A stretch of 64,000 nt of DNA from Leptonemataceae bacterium (GCA_965227295.1 OZ245742.1:4640206-4704205); one strand, 5' to 3'. Numbered from the stretch's first letter, positions 47,767 through 57,738 are shown. Notes: generated from the letters alone by a model not told the origin. Translations and numbers: made by a program.

Positions 47767-49494
47767 CTACGGATTAAACGCGTCCTGCTCGGACTGCATG
47801 CGATCGATGACCGTATCGATGTCGATGCCGTAGCGCGAGAAGATCGTGTTCCGCGTGAAGTCGTAACGCACGAGGGAGATGTTGTAGTTGATCGTCGCTT
47901 CCATTTGCGCCTGGCGGGCCTGGACCACGGCGTCCAGCGCTTCCTTCACCGAGTTCGCCGTAAAGCGACCCTGCTGGCGATAGCGACGCACCAGGCCGTT
48001 GTAAAACGCCCGGGTTTGCGCCAGGGCCTCGCGGGACTTTTCCATGGCGGCGTAGGTAACGCGAATCGTTTCGATGCCCTCGGCGATCTGGTCGCGAATT
48101 TCCCGGCGCAGTTGCTCTTCCTGGATCGAAAGCTGGCGCAGACTGATCTTCGCATTGCGCGCATCCACCCGGGCCTCTTCGTTCCAGAGCGGATACTCCA
48201 CTTTGAATTCGATGCCGTACTCGGGATAACGCCCGCGCGGGACCTCGTTCCACGACGTGCTCGCATGCCGGCCGTAGTCGCGGCTCGAGTAAGTTCCGCC
48301 GATCGTGACCGAGGGCAGGAGCTGATTCTCCGCGATCTCGAAGGCCTTGCGCGCGTTTTCCATTTGCAGCTTGATCGACTTGAAGTCCGGTCGTGACTCG
48401 TAGGCCGTCTTCAGATCACGATCCTGGTTCAGGTCTTGCGGCAGATCGGTACGCAGCGCGGTGGCGCCGGACAGCGGGAGTTGCGGATCCAGGTTCATAA
48501 CGCGCAGGAGCGAACGGCGCTTTGAGTTGCGATCCAGTTGCGCGGCGTCCAGACGCGCCTCGGCCTGGGCCAACAACGCGTTGAACTGGTTCACCTCGAA
48601 CGACTCGGCGGTGCCGATGCGGCGTTTCTGAATCGTTATGCCGCGGATGTTTCGCGTGTTCTTAAAGAGTTCTTCGGCGGTACGCACGTTCTCTTCGGCG
48701 ATGGATAACTGCCAGTACTCGACCATGGTCTGCACGACCAGACCGGTGAGTTCGTAGACCAGGTCCTGGCGCTGGATGGCCGCTAAGTTGCGATTAATGT
48801 CATTTAAGCGGCGCTGACTGTAACCGAAGGCGTTCTTTAAGAGTTCCTGGCGCAACACGAAGGTGAGCGCGCCGGTGTGCAACGGACGCTGGGGCCGCAA
48901 CGGATCTCCGCCGCCGCCTACCAGGTTTTCGAGAAAGTCGCCCTCGTTGCGGTTGCTGTCGAAGCGCGTGTCCGAGACCTCGGCTTCGAAGTAGGTTCCC
49001 GTTTCGAAGAGTTTGCTCAGCTTCGCGTAGATGCGATCCGTGTCTTCAATGTTTCCCTGCGACAGGTAGCCGGGATACTTAAAGCTGCGGGAGTTCTGTC
49101 CCTGGTAGCCGCCCTCGAGGACCGGGCTGTACCGGGCCTCGTCTTTTAAAAGCTCGGTGTCGGCTTTCAGGATTTCGAGTTGCTGAATGCGTACGAGATT
49201 GTTGTTGTCGAGGACCAGGCGGATGGTCTGTTCCATGGAGAGCGGAAGCGGATTGCCCTCTTCGTCCACGGGCACGGTGCCGTACTGCGGCTGTTCCTCC
49301 GCGGCGGGTTCCACGGCCGGGCCGGTCGGTTCCGCTTCTGCCGGCGCTTTTTCACCGCCGGCGTTCTCATCGCTGAAGTACTGGTCGTCGCCGCCGTCTT
49401 CCGACTCCTGCCCGGACAACGTCCCGGACACGGAAATGAGCACGACGAAAAACAGAGCGTATGCGGCCAGAGCCAGAAACCGGACGAACCTCAT
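47767..49494 (-). CDS. TolC family outer-membrane efflux protein
   Basis: A signal peptide is followed by two tandem OEP repeats with the characteristic coiled-coil heptads (LQLSIAEENVRTAEELFKNT; LRQLSIQEEQLRREIRDQI). Confidence 0.8.
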   Translation of the reverse strand: MRFVRFLALAAYALFFVVLISVSGTLSGQESEDGGDDQYFSDENAGGEKAPAEAEPTGPAVEPAAEEQPQYGTVPVDEEGNPLPLSMEQTIRLVLDNNNLVRIQQLEILKADTELLKDEARYSPVLEGGYQGQNSRSFKYPGYLSQGNIEDTDRIYAKLSKLFETGTYFEAEVSDTRFDSNRNEGDFLENLVGGGGDPLRPQRPLHTGALTFVLRQELLKNAFGYSQRRLNDINRNLAAIQRQDLVYELTGLVVQTMVEYWQLSIAEENVRTAEELFKNTRNIRGITIQKRRIGTAESFEVNQFNALLAQAEARLDAAQLDRNSKRRSLLRVMNLDPQLPLSGATALRTDLPQDLNQDRDLKTAYESRPDFKSIKLQMENARKAFEIAENQLLPSVTIGGTYSSRDYGRHASTSWNEVPRGRYPEYGIEFKVEYPLWNEEARVDARNAKISLRQLSIQEEQLRREIRDQIAEGIETIRVTYAAMEKSREALAQTRAFYNGLVRRYRQQGRFTANSVKEALDAVVQARQAQMEATINYNISLVRYDFTRNTIFSRYGIDIDTVIDRMQSEQDAFNP

Positions 49495-49648
49495 GATGCG
49501 TCACTCTCCGACGGAACGTCACAGCTTCCAGTGATTTTAGTACTCTGGTACATGAAAACGAAAGATATGCTGCGAAAATGCTTCCCGCAAAGCAGCTCTG
49601 CGATTCGCTGTCTAATAGAGGGTTGGATTCGACCACCGATTTTTTCCT

Positions 49649-50368
49649 GTGAGATTATTCCAGACCATACCAGCGCTTGCGGTCGCCCCGTTCTTCCTGG
49701 GCGCGGCCCTGTCCTGTAGCTCCGGGCCGAAACCCGGCCGGGAAGAGGTACAGGAGGAACCGCTCCCGTCGGTGTCCATGCTCTTGCCCTCGCCCCTGGA
49801 AAACGAGGCGCGCTCCGAACAAGAACGCATGCTGCGCCTCTTTTCGGCCCCGGTGCTGAACCTCGGCCTCATCGAAGACGCGGCCGAGACGTACGAGGCA
49901 ACCTCCCGAAAGCGCATCGCCGAACGCCAGGCAGACCTGGCGGAGCACGTCTGCGGCCTGCCCGGGGAACGCCGGGAACGGGAAATCGAACGGCTGCGCA
50001 TTCTCCAGCGGCGACAGTACGCGCGCTGGCGCTCGCTCCAGGCTCGCTACGAGGCCAGCCTGCGTTACCAGCTCGAACGGGACGTGGACGAACACAACCC
50101 CGCTCAGGTGGCGGAGCTGGATCGCATCCTCCAGGCACGCAAGGCCGTGCAACTGCTGCAGGCGGAACGCCAGAGCCTGGTCGGCCGCGCCTACGATCGA
50201 TACCTGGCCAATCTTGCCGGTGGACTGGAAAACGGATGCAGCCCGGCCCCGGCGGTCCTGCCCCGGGAGCAGCTCTACCGGCCGTACTACCTGGCCCTGT
50301 ATCGTTTTCTTTCCCTGATGGCCCCCGGGCAACGTTCCAGGCTGCTTCTGGAATTGCACAAACCCTGA
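49649..50368 (+). CDS. Hypothetical lipoprotein (helical, Arg/Glu-rich)
   Basis: Lipobox FFLGAALSCSSG. The composition looks natural, while two overlapping minus-strand ORFs look like shadows. Confidence 0.55.
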   Translation: MRLFQTIPALAVAPFFLGAALSCSSGPKPGREEVQEEPLPSVSMLLPSPLENEARSEQERMLRLFSAPVLNLGLIEDAAETYEATSRKRIAERQADLAEHVCGLPGERREREIERLRILQRRQYARWRSLQARYEASLRYQLERDVDEHNPAQVAELDRILQARKAVQLLQAERQSLVGRAYDRYLANLAGGLENGCSPAPAVLPREQLYRPYYLALYRFLSLMAPGQRSRLLLELHKP

Positions 50369-50388
50369 AAACTGCCGATAGATTCGGT

Positions 50389-52122
50389 ATGCGTCCCCGT
50401 ACTGTTCGCCCCCGCAATGCGCGCATTCTTGTGGGTTTGATTCTCATCGCGGCCATTGCCTTGCTGATCGCCTCCCACGGTTTGCAGGCCGAACGCCTGA
50501 GCGCCGGCACGCCGGATGAGCCGGACTTCGGCCGGGTCACCATGATCGGCACGGAGAGCTTCCAGGCGCGGGACGCAAGCCAGGACATTCGCCTGGAAAC
50601 GATCTCGCACCACGGCGATCCGTCGAATCTGCTCTACCTGGACTTCGACCAACCCGCTCCGCAATTGCTCCGGGACGCCGCCGGTCGCTACCAGATCAAA
50701 GAGTCGAGCTACATTCAGAGCCCGGACGTCCGCCACGGCTCCGGCGCGGCCCTGTTCAATCGCCTGGAGAATCGCGTGGTAGTCGCATCACCGGAGGAAC
50801 TCTGGCCGGGCACCGGCAACTCGGACGATTTCACGATTGAGATGTGGATTCGACCGATTTACTTCTATAGAAAGAACGTCATTTTTCGTAAGATGAGCAT
50901 GCTCGGTGGAGAACGCCGCGGCCTCGAGATTACCATCGAAGACGATCGCCTGGTCGTGGACGCGCACAAACTCTTCGAGGACGCGGGCGGGCGCCTGCAT
51001 TCCGTACGGCTGGTTTCGCGTTCCGGGATTCGTACGGGACAGTGGTGGCATGTGAGCCTGACCTTCGAAGCCGCCCGGGGTCGCCTGCGCCTCTACATCA
51101 ACGGCGAAGAAGAACGCGTGAGCCTGGCAAAGGATGCGAGCGGGGTCTGGCGCCTGCGCTTTCATCCGCTGGACCGCTCGCCGTTTTTGATCGGCGAAAG
51201 CTATGCCGGCAGCCTCGACGAATTTCGCATTACGGCCCGGGTCCTCTCTCCCGAGGACGGCGACCTGAAAACCTCGCTGTTTCCGCGTCGTTACGTGAAC
51301 TTCGAAACCATGCGGGCCCGCCAGAAGATGGGCCAGGTGATTTCCGGGGTCCTGCTGCCGGGCGGCGGTCGGGTGCGGAGCGGACGCGTGCGATTCCTCG
51401 GCGAAGAGCCCCCCGGCACGATTTTGAACTTTTACATCCGCTCCTCGACGGAGCCCTTTGCAGCCGATGCCCCCGCCGTAAACCAGCTGGCCTGGCGCCG
51501 GGTCGACAGCCGCGGCGATCTCAAGCAGAGCTTCGCCTATTTTCAATGGAAAGCGGAACTCCAGGCCGATCCCGACGGACGCAAGAGTCCGATCCTGCGC
51601 GAAGTTCAACTGGACTTCTCTCCCCTGGAAGCGCCGCCGCCGCCGGCAGACCTCCGCCTGGCGGAGGGCACCCTCGGTCGCAATGGCCACCGGCAACTCG
51701 TCCTCGAGTGGGACCTGAGCCCGGATACCCGCGTCGAACAGGGCGGCTATTACGTCTACTACGGCCTCCGCCCGGGCGAGTACCTCGGCCGGCTGAAGAG
51801 TCGCCGGGCCCCGGACGGCAGCGCCGAAAAGATCCGGGCCCTGGAAGATCCGGCGCGTTTTCCGGTCACCGGAGAAGAGCTCGGCCTGGCATCCGGCCGG
51901 GCCGAACGACTCCAGCGGCTCATGCGAAATCGCGTCCGCCTGATTGTGGACAATGACCTCATCCAGCTGAATACGGAGCATGGTCCCGGGGCCCGCCGCC
52001 TCCCGTTTCTCCGGGAAAACCGTACCTACTACTTCGCTGTTTCGGCCTACGATGAAGACGGCGTGGAATCCAGGCTCTCGAACGAGATCATCGCCACCAT
52101 CAAGCCGCCCCTCGATGAATGA
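50389..52122 (+). CDS. Membrane-anchored LamG (concanavalin-A-like lectin) and FN3-like domain protein
   Basis: ATG 50389 with the TM helix ILVGLILIAAIALLIA. LamG pattern: DDFTIEMWIRP ... GQWWHVSLTF ... LYINGEE ... GSLDEFRI. The C-terminal YYFAVSAYDEDGVESRLSNE is FN3-like. Confidence 0.7.
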   Translation: MRPRTVRPRNARILVGLILIAAIALLIASHGLQAERLSAGTPDEPDFGRVTMIGTESFQARDASQDIRLETISHHGDPSNLLYLDFDQPAPQLLRDAAGRYQIKESSYIQSPDVRHGSGAALFNRLENRVVVASPEELWPGTGNSDDFTIEMWIRPIYFYRKNVIFRKMSMLGGERRGLEITIEDDRLVVDAHKLFEDAGGRLHSVRLVSRSGIRTGQWWHVSLTFEAARGRLRLYINGEEERVSLAKDASGVWRLRFHPLDRSPFLIGESYAGSLDEFRITARVLSPEDGDLKTSLFPRRYVNFETMRARQKMGQVISGVLLPGGGRVRSGRVRFLGEEPPGTILNFYIRSSTEPFAADAPAVNQLAWRRVDSRGDLKQSFAYFQWKAELQADPDGRKSPILREVQLDFSPLEAPPPPADLRLAEGTLGRNGHRQLVLEWDLSPDTRVEQGGYYVYYGLRPGEYLGRLKSRRAPDGSAEKIRALEDPARFPVTGEELGLASGRAERLQRLMRNRVRLIVDNDLIQLNTEHGPGARRLPFLRENRTYYFAVSAYDEDGVESRLSNEIIATIKPPLDE

Positions 52123-52128
52123 TTAAAA

Positions 52129-52182
52129 TCGAACAACCGTTCGAAAAAAGTGATTGACGGCGGCGTATTTATAACGATCGTT
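52129..52182. promoter_or_regulatory. Candidate operator or terminator palindromes upstream of tetR
   Basis: The inverted repeat TCGAAC-aacc-GTTCGA lies at 52129-52144. A perfect 10-bp palindrome AACGATCGTT lies at 52173-52182, 8 nt before the tetR ATG. The half-site CGTTCGA recurs in both. Confidence 0.3.
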
Positions 52183-52190
52183 CGATATAC

Positions 52191-52760
52191 ATGCCGAAGA
52201 TCGTCAACCACCAGGAAGTCCGGGAAGCCATTCTCGCGGACTCCTTCGAATTGTTCGCCCGCCGCGGCTACGCCTCCGTGAGTATGCGGACCATCGCCTC
52301 GGAGCTGAAAATCTCCACGGGCACGCTCTATCACTATTTCCCGACGAAAGAGGCCATCTTCCAGGAGATGTTCGGTTTCATCTCCCGGCGGACCGTGGAG
52401 GACGCCGTGGTCGAATTGAGCCGGGAACCCGATCCCGGCCGGCGCCTGGAGCTGCTCTTTGCGTACACCCGGCGCCGGGAAGCGCACTTCCAGAACATGC
52501 TGTTTTTGATTATGGATTATTACCGGCACCAGAATCCCGAGGACGCCGGCGACTTCATTCAGCAAATCGTCGGCTACTTTCGCCGGATGATCGCCGAGCA
52601 GCTCGGCTACGACGATCCGGACCGCGCCGCCGCGACGTTCAGCATGCTCCTCGGGATTCTCATGCACCGGCTCCTGGACCCCGGCATGGGCTTCGAACGT
52701 CTGCTGGCGGCGCAGTTCCGGGCCTTCGGCGGAGCCGGGCTGCCGGTGCAGGCTGAGTAA
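52191..52760 (+). CDS. TetR family transcriptional regulator
   Basis: N-terminal TetR HTH: FARRGYASVSMRTIASELKISTGTLYHYFPTKEAIF. Confidence 0.88.
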   Translation: MPKIVNHQEVREAILADSFELFARRGYASVSMRTIASELKISTGTLYHYFPTKEAIFQEMFGFISRRTVEDAVVELSREPDPGRRLELLFAYTRRREAHFQNMLFLIMDYYRHQNPEDAGDFIQQIVGYFRRMIAEQLGYDDPDRAAATFSMLLGILMHRLLDPGMGFERLLAAQFRAFGGAGLPVQAE

Positions 52761-52821
52761 TTTTATCTGATTAAGTATTACGAAACATATTCTAAGAGAG
52801 TTTTCGCGAACGAGGTTTCCC

Positions 52822-53916
52822 ATGAATACGATCCAACGTCTGCATCCCCTGCTCTATCTGAGCGGCTATCTGTTTCCGCTGGCCACGGCGATCGGCATCT
52901 CCGTCGGCGGCTGGTTCTGGTCCTGGTCGGCCATCCTCCTGGCCTACGTCTGCATTCCCGTGATTGAACTGCTGAGCCCGGCGCCCACGGGAAATATCGC
53001 CGAGGAAAAACGGCTGAGCCTGGAAGCCCGGCGTATCTACGATTACGTACTGTATCTCGCCGTGCCGATTCAGTTCGGCATCCTGTTTTTCTTTCTCTAC
53101 GCCGTCTCCCAGGAGTGGTACACGAACGGCGTGGAGCTCGCCGGCTGGGTGGCGAGCACCGGTCTGTGCTGCGGCGCCTTCGGCATCAACGCGGCCCACG
53201 AACTCGGCCATCGCCCCAAACGTTTCGAGAAGATTTTTTCCCAGGCGCTGCTCTTAACTTCACTGTACATGCACTTTTTCATTGAGCATAACCGCGGCCA
53301 CCATCGCCACGTCTCCACACCGATGGACCCCGCCACCTCGCGCCGCGGCGAAATCGTCTACGCCTTCTGGCTTCGTTCGGTAATCGGCGGCTTCGTCTCG
53401 GCCTGGAAGATTGAAGCGAAACGCCTGCGCAATCTCGGCCGCAAACCGTACGGCCCCGAGAATCAGATGTGGTTGTTCGTGTTGATTCAAATCGCTTTTG
53501 CCGCGGGCATCTTCGCGTTCATGGGTACGGCGGCGGGCCTGGCTTTTGTGGGCGTCGCGGTGATCGGTTTTCTGCTGCTGGAAACGATCAACTACATCGA
53601 ACACTACGGGCTCATGCGCGAGTTCAACGCCGAACGCAATCGCTACGAAAAAGTTCGACCGCAGCACTCGTGGAATTCGAATCATCCGCTGGGTCGCATC
53701 GTGCTTTTTGAACTGCCCCGGCATTCGGACCATCATGCCTTCGCCGAACGCCGCTACCAGGGTCTGCGTCACTTCGACGAAAGCCCGCAGTTGCCGTCCG
53801 GTTATCCGGGCATGATGCTCGCGGCGCTGGTGCCGCCGCTGTGGTTCTTTGTCATGCACCGCGAGATGGACAAACTGGAATCCGCGCAACCGACGACGTT
53901 AACGGCCGCGGCCTGA
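52822..53916 (+). CDS. alkB: Alkane 1-monooxygenase (AlkB-type membrane di-iron hydroxylase)
   Basis: All four AlkB signature boxes are present: HELGHR, EHNRGHH, NYIEHYGL, LPRHSDHHA. Confidence 0.88.
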   Translation: MNTIQRLHPLLYLSGYLFPLATAIGISVGGWFWSWSAILLAYVCIPVIELLSPAPTGNIAEEKRLSLEARRIYDYVLYLAVPIQFGILFFFLYAVSQEWYTNGVELAGWVASTGLCCGAFGINAAHELGHRPKRFEKIFSQALLLTSLYMHFFIEHNRGHHRHVSTPMDPATSRRGEIVYAFWLRSVIGGFVSAWKIEAKRLRNLGRKPYGPENQMWLFVLIQIAFAAGIFAFMGTAAGLAFVGVAVIGFLLLETINYIEHYGLMREFNAERNRYEKVRPQHSWNSNHPLGRIVLFELPRHSDHHAFAERRYQGLRHFDESPQLPSGYPGMMLAALVPPLWFFVMHREMDKLESAQPTTLTAAA

Positions 53917-53920
53917 CGCC

Positions 53921-53964
53921 GGGGCGGTCCTCCGTCGGAGACGGCCGCCCGCGGATCGTTTTTT
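53921..53964 (+). terminator. Candidate intrinsic terminator after alkB
   Basis: A GC-rich hairpin GGGCGG..CCGTC-gga-GACGG-CCGCCC at 53922-53950 is followed, after 8 nt, by TTTTTT at 53959-53964. Confidence 0.4.
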
Positions 53965-54000
53965 CCTGGACACGGCCCCGGCCGGGGGGAACCCTGAGCC

Positions 54001-55239
54001 TTGCAGTCGCCCGTGTCGCATCGCTCGTATCTTCCGGTCCTGGCCTTCTTCGCTGCGTTGGGCACCGCCGCCGTGTTCGTCACGGGCGGTTACGTTCCCT
54101 TTCTCACGCCCTGGGTTCTTTTCATCGATGTGTTGTGCATGGTTGCCCTGGCCGCCGGGGCGGTCTTCCTCTTCGTGCGCAACCGCGCCACGTTCACGGG
54201 GGATCGCTTGTTCTTCGCCCTGCTGGCCATCCCCGTTCTCCTGGCGTTGATCGCGCTGGTAAACGGTTCGCTCTTCTGGGCGTTTTTCAAGATCGGCGGC
54301 TGGTTCTTGTTGCCCGCGGCGTACGTGTTGCATCGCGCGCGTCCGGAGCTGCTCGATCGTCATCTCGGTCGCACATCCCTGACGGTCCTGGGCTGCATCG
54401 TCCTGGCCTTTGTCTTTCCCCGCGCCGGGCATTTGTTCTTTTACGGCCACGACGACTACCTGCTGTTCTTTCCGCGCGCGTTCGAAAACGGCAACGTCTT
54501 CGCCTTTCAGATTGTACTGCTGCTTCCGTTTATTCTGGAGTACTCCGCCGGCAACGAACTTACCGACGGCCGCCGACGCAAGCGCGCGCTGACCGCGGCC
54601 CTGGTGGCGATCGGCTTTCTCCTGATGGCCTATACATCTTCCGCGATCGGCCTCGCCCTGTATGTCGTCCTCGCCGTGTTTACGCTGGTCCAGGAGCGCA
54701 TGCACATTTCGCCGATGGTGTTGTTCACCGCCGGCCTGATCGCCGCCGCCTTTGCGCTGGCCCTGGTCGCCGTGGATGTTTTGTACTTCGAAACGTTCAC
54801 TCACAGCGGCAGCCTGGAAATGCGCCGGCTGATCTACTCCAACTCGGTGCGCGTCACCGGCGAACGCATCTTCAGCGGCCACGGTGCCGGCTCGTTCGCG
54901 TCGTTCTGGTTGAACTACACACCGGCCTACATTCGCGGCGAGATGGCTTACGTCGATCTCGTGGAACTCTGCATTCGTTGCAAAGAGCGCGATTGTCTCT
55001 GTCATCCCATGGCCCATAACCTGGGCCTCACGCTTTCCGTGGAGTTCGGTATCCTGGCCCTCATTCCCTGGATCGCGGCGATCGTGTTCGCCGTGCGCCG
55101 CGCCTCGAACCTCACCCGCGCCGCGTACGCCGTGGCCCCTCTGGTGTGGTCCCTGCTCGACGATCCGCTCTACTTCTGGCCGAACATCGCCCTGTTCGGC
55201 GTACTGGTTGCTCGAGCGTTTCCTCCGAGACAAGAGTAG
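54001..55239 (+). CDS. O-antigen ligase-like (Wzy_C family) polytopic membrane protein
   Basis: TTG start and about 10 hydrophobic segments. A periplasmic loop carries IFSGHGAGSFASFW, typical of O-antigen ligase/polymerase-like proteins. Confidence 0.65.
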   Translation: MQSPVSHRSYLPVLAFFAALGTAAVFVTGGYVPFLTPWVLFIDVLCMVALAAGAVFLFVRNRATFTGDRLFFALLAIPVLLALIALVNGSLFWAFFKIGGWFLLPAAYVLHRARPELLDRHLGRTSLTVLGCIVLAFVFPRAGHLFFYGHDDYLLFFPRAFENGNVFAFQIVLLLPFILEYSAGNELTDGRRRKRALTAALVAIGFLLMAYTSSAIGLALYVVLAVFTLVQERMHISPMVLFTAGLIAAAFALALVAVDVLYFETFTHSGSLEMRRLIYSNSVRVTGERIFSGHGAGSFASFWLNYTPAYIRGEMAYVDLVELCIRCKERDCLCHPMAHNLGLTLSVEFGILALIPWIAAIVFAVRRASNLTRAAYAVAPLVWSLLDDPLYFWPNIALFGVLVARAFPPRQE

Positions 55240-55240
55240 C

Positions 55241-55831
55241 GATTCGGGCGTACTCGAACGAATCAAACGTTTCCGGTAATTCAAGAGCCGCGGTTCGTAA
55301 CGTTTACCGTGAGAGACACAAGGTAAGTTGCGCAATAGGTAAGAGGCTGCATTCGACCCGGACGCCGGTTTGCGACTCAGCTATCGGAGCGTTTCTTACG
55401 AAGAAGACGCCGTTCCGGTGCGCCTTACCATGTTCCCCGGCATGACCTCCGTTCATCTGCTGGAACCAGCCGTGACCATAAAAGTGTGAATCCAAACTGG
55501 CCGCAACTTACACCACGATTCGGGGCGTGCTCGAACGTATGAAAAGTTTCCGGTAGTTCAAGAGCCGCGGTTCGTTGCGTTTAACGTGAGACACACAAGG
55601 TAAGTTGCATTATGGGTAAGGGATTGATTTGGCTACGGCGAAGCGGGAGTTGTGGATTTTCGTTTTGTTAAGACAGTCCGCATCGACCCGGACGTCGGTA
55701 TGCGGCTCAGCTCCCGCAGCGTTGCTTGCGGCGAAGACGCCGGGGACTTATGCTTTCCGCCGATGCGGAAAGCCGGCGGATCAGAACTCTCGCTGAAGCG
55801 GGAATTCTGCCGGTGCGCCTTACCACATTCA
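55241..55831 (+). repeat. Array A of the ~330-bp repeat family (about 2 copies with module-level indels)
   Basis: The array starts 2 nt after the TAG stop at 55237-55239. The anchor GAAGACGC occurs at 55403 and 55733, a period of 330. Copy 1 (55241-55516) lacks about 50 bp of the consensus. Copy 2 carries a ~65-bp insertion at 55742-55806. Confidence 0.9.
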
Positions 55832-55862
55832 CCTGCACCTTACAGCACAGGCCCGCGGCTCC

Positions 55863-56708
55863 TTACGCCGGGAGTTTCTGACAGTTCGGACAGATGTGCG
55901 TTCCTCGCTGAGCGACTTTGAGTTTCACGATCTTCCGTTTGCAGCGCAGGCACGGGAGACCCTGGCGCTGGAAGACCAGGAGCATGTCAGTGTAACCGCC
56001 CTCATAGCCGCCCAGAAACTTGAAGTTCATGAACGAAGTGCCGTTCGCCTGGATCGATTTTTCCAGCACCTCGCGGATAGCGCCGTGCAGCTTCTTAACT
56101 TTCGCCGGTGGAATCTTACGCGACGGGGTGAGCGGATGAATGCGGGCCATCCACAAAGACTCGTCCACGTAGATGTTGCCCAGGCCGGCGATGAATTCCT
56201 GATCCAGCAACAACGGTTTGATCATGCGGTTGTGTGATTGCAGATTGTGGCGGAGCCAGTCCGGAGTAAAACGCGCGGCGTCCAGGGGCTCCGGACCGTA
56301 GCGCTCCGAAAACTTCGCGAAGGCCGCGGCGTCGGCGTAGTAATAGACGCGACCGAAGCGACGCTGATCTTCAAAGACGAGGTGTTTGCGATCGGCATCG
56401 TCCAGGTGCAGGACCGCGGAGTAGTGCTTGCGTTCTTGTTTCGGCGGCAGCGCGGGCAGCGGATACAGCTTGCCGGTCATGCGCAAATGAATCAACACGC
56501 GGGCGCCGTCGTCCAGCTCCAGGATCAAGAATTTCGCGCGGCGCTGCACCGCCAGGATGCGGCGACCCACAACGGCCTTACGCACGGCGGGCAGCGAGAT
56601 GTCGTGCAGGGCGCGAGGCCAGTGACGATCGAAACCCGTGATGGTCCGGCCTACGAGAAAGGGACGCAGGGAGCGAGCGACTGTTTCAACTTCCGGGAGT
56701 TCGGGCAT
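55863..56708 (-). CDS. mutM: Formamidopyrimidine-DNA glycosylase
   Basis: N-terminal MPELPEVE and a C-terminal zinc finger (CLRCKRKIVKLKVAQRGTHICPNCQ). The 90-codon upstream extension in the track is rejected. Confidence 0.92.
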   Translation of the reverse strand: MPELPEVETVARSLRPFLVGRTITGFDRHWPRALHDISLPAVRKAVVGRRILAVQRRAKFLILELDDGARVLIHLRMTGKLYPLPALPPKQERKHYSAVLHLDDADRKHLVFEDQRRFGRVYYYADAAAFAKFSERYGPEPLDAARFTPDWLRHNLQSHNRMIKPLLLDQEFIAGLGNIYVDESLWMARIHPLTPSRKIPPAKVKKLHGAIREVLEKSIQANGTSFMNFKFLGGYEGGYTDMLLVFQRQGLPCLRCKRKIVKLKVAQRGTHICPNCQKLPA

Positions 56709-56730
56709 GATCGCCGAAGTTGCAGTCTGA

Positions 56731-57738
56731 CTACTGTAACTTCCAGAAATATATAGTACCGTCCCAGGCCCCGGCGGCGAGTGTTTTTCCGTCCGGATCA
56801 AAGTCCACCGAATGCAACCGGCCGGGCACCGCCCGGCTGCGCAACAACGCACCGTCCGCGAGTCGATAGACCTCGACGCTGGACGTGCCGGCTTCCCGAT
56901 CCTGCTGAAGCAACGCCAGGCGTTCGCCGTCCGGATGAAAGGCGGCGCGCACCGGCACAGTACTAAAGTTAAACTCAATGACAGTTACCGGGTCGCCGCT
57001 ACGACTGTCGCGCACCCGGCGCCCGTCGAAGTACCGCGCCCCGTCCCGGGAAAAAACGAACAACGGCTGTTCCTCCGGACGAAACGGATACTCCGTACGA
57101 TGCAGGAGTTCTCCGCTCTCCACGTCCACGAGCAACATGTAATTGTCGCGCCAGTTCCAGAGGGCCAGGGTATCCAGGTCCGGACTGATTGCGAACGCGC
57201 GGACGAAGTCCCGGCGCTCCGCGAACACCGGCAGCTGCATCGTTCGACTCAGCCGACGTTCCACGAGACTCCAGATCCGCACGCGACCGTCCCGATCCAC
57301 GGCGAGCAGGCGACGTCCCGTACGACTGAAGGCGATCAATTCCAGCGCACCGATGATCTCCCGCTCCGGCGTCAGACGAATGGGCGCGTCGCCGAAGGCC
57401 TGGTGCACAATGACGTCTCCGCCGCGGCATTCCCGCCGCCGCGAAACCACGTAGAGGCTGTCCGGACTGAAGCGCACGTCTTGCAGAGCGCAATCGGAAG
57501 CGCGCAGCCGGCCGCCGTAACTGCGAGTCGGCGCTCCTGCTTCGGCTTCGGCCGGAACACGCAGGACGTGGGCGCGGCCGGTACTGCCGGCCACCACCCA
57601 GCGACCGTCCGGGCTGAAGCTCAGCGATTGCGCGGGGTCCGGCGACCGCAGCGTGAGGGCCGCCTCCCCGCGCGCGGCAAACAGCGAACTGCCGATGCCC
57701 ACCAGGAGGACGGCCGTGTATGCGAAATGCTTTCTCAT
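56731..57738 (-). CDS. Secreted WD40/PD40-like beta-propeller repeat protein
   Basis: A signal peptide is followed by repeated SPDG/DPDG..lA/V blades (FSPDGRWVVAGS, FSPDSLYVVS, FHPDGERLALL, FDPDGKTLAAGAWDGTIYFWKL). Confidence 0.65.
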   Translation of the reverse strand: MRKHFAYTAVLLVGIGSSLFAARGEAALTLRSPDPAQSLSFSPDGRWVVAGSTGRAHVLRVPAEAEAGAPTRSYGGRLRASDCALQDVRFSPDSLYVVSRRRECRGGDVIVHQAFGDAPIRLTPEREIIGALELIAFSRTGRRLLAVDRDGRVRIWSLVERRLSRTMQLPVFAERRDFVRAFAISPDLDTLALWNWRDNYMLLVDVESGELLHRTEYPFRPEEQPLFVFSRDGARYFDGRRVRDSRSGDPVTVIEFNFSTVPVRAAFHPDGERLALLQQDREAGTSSVEVYRLADGALLRSRAVPGRLHSVDFDPDGKTLAAGAWDGTIYFWKLQ

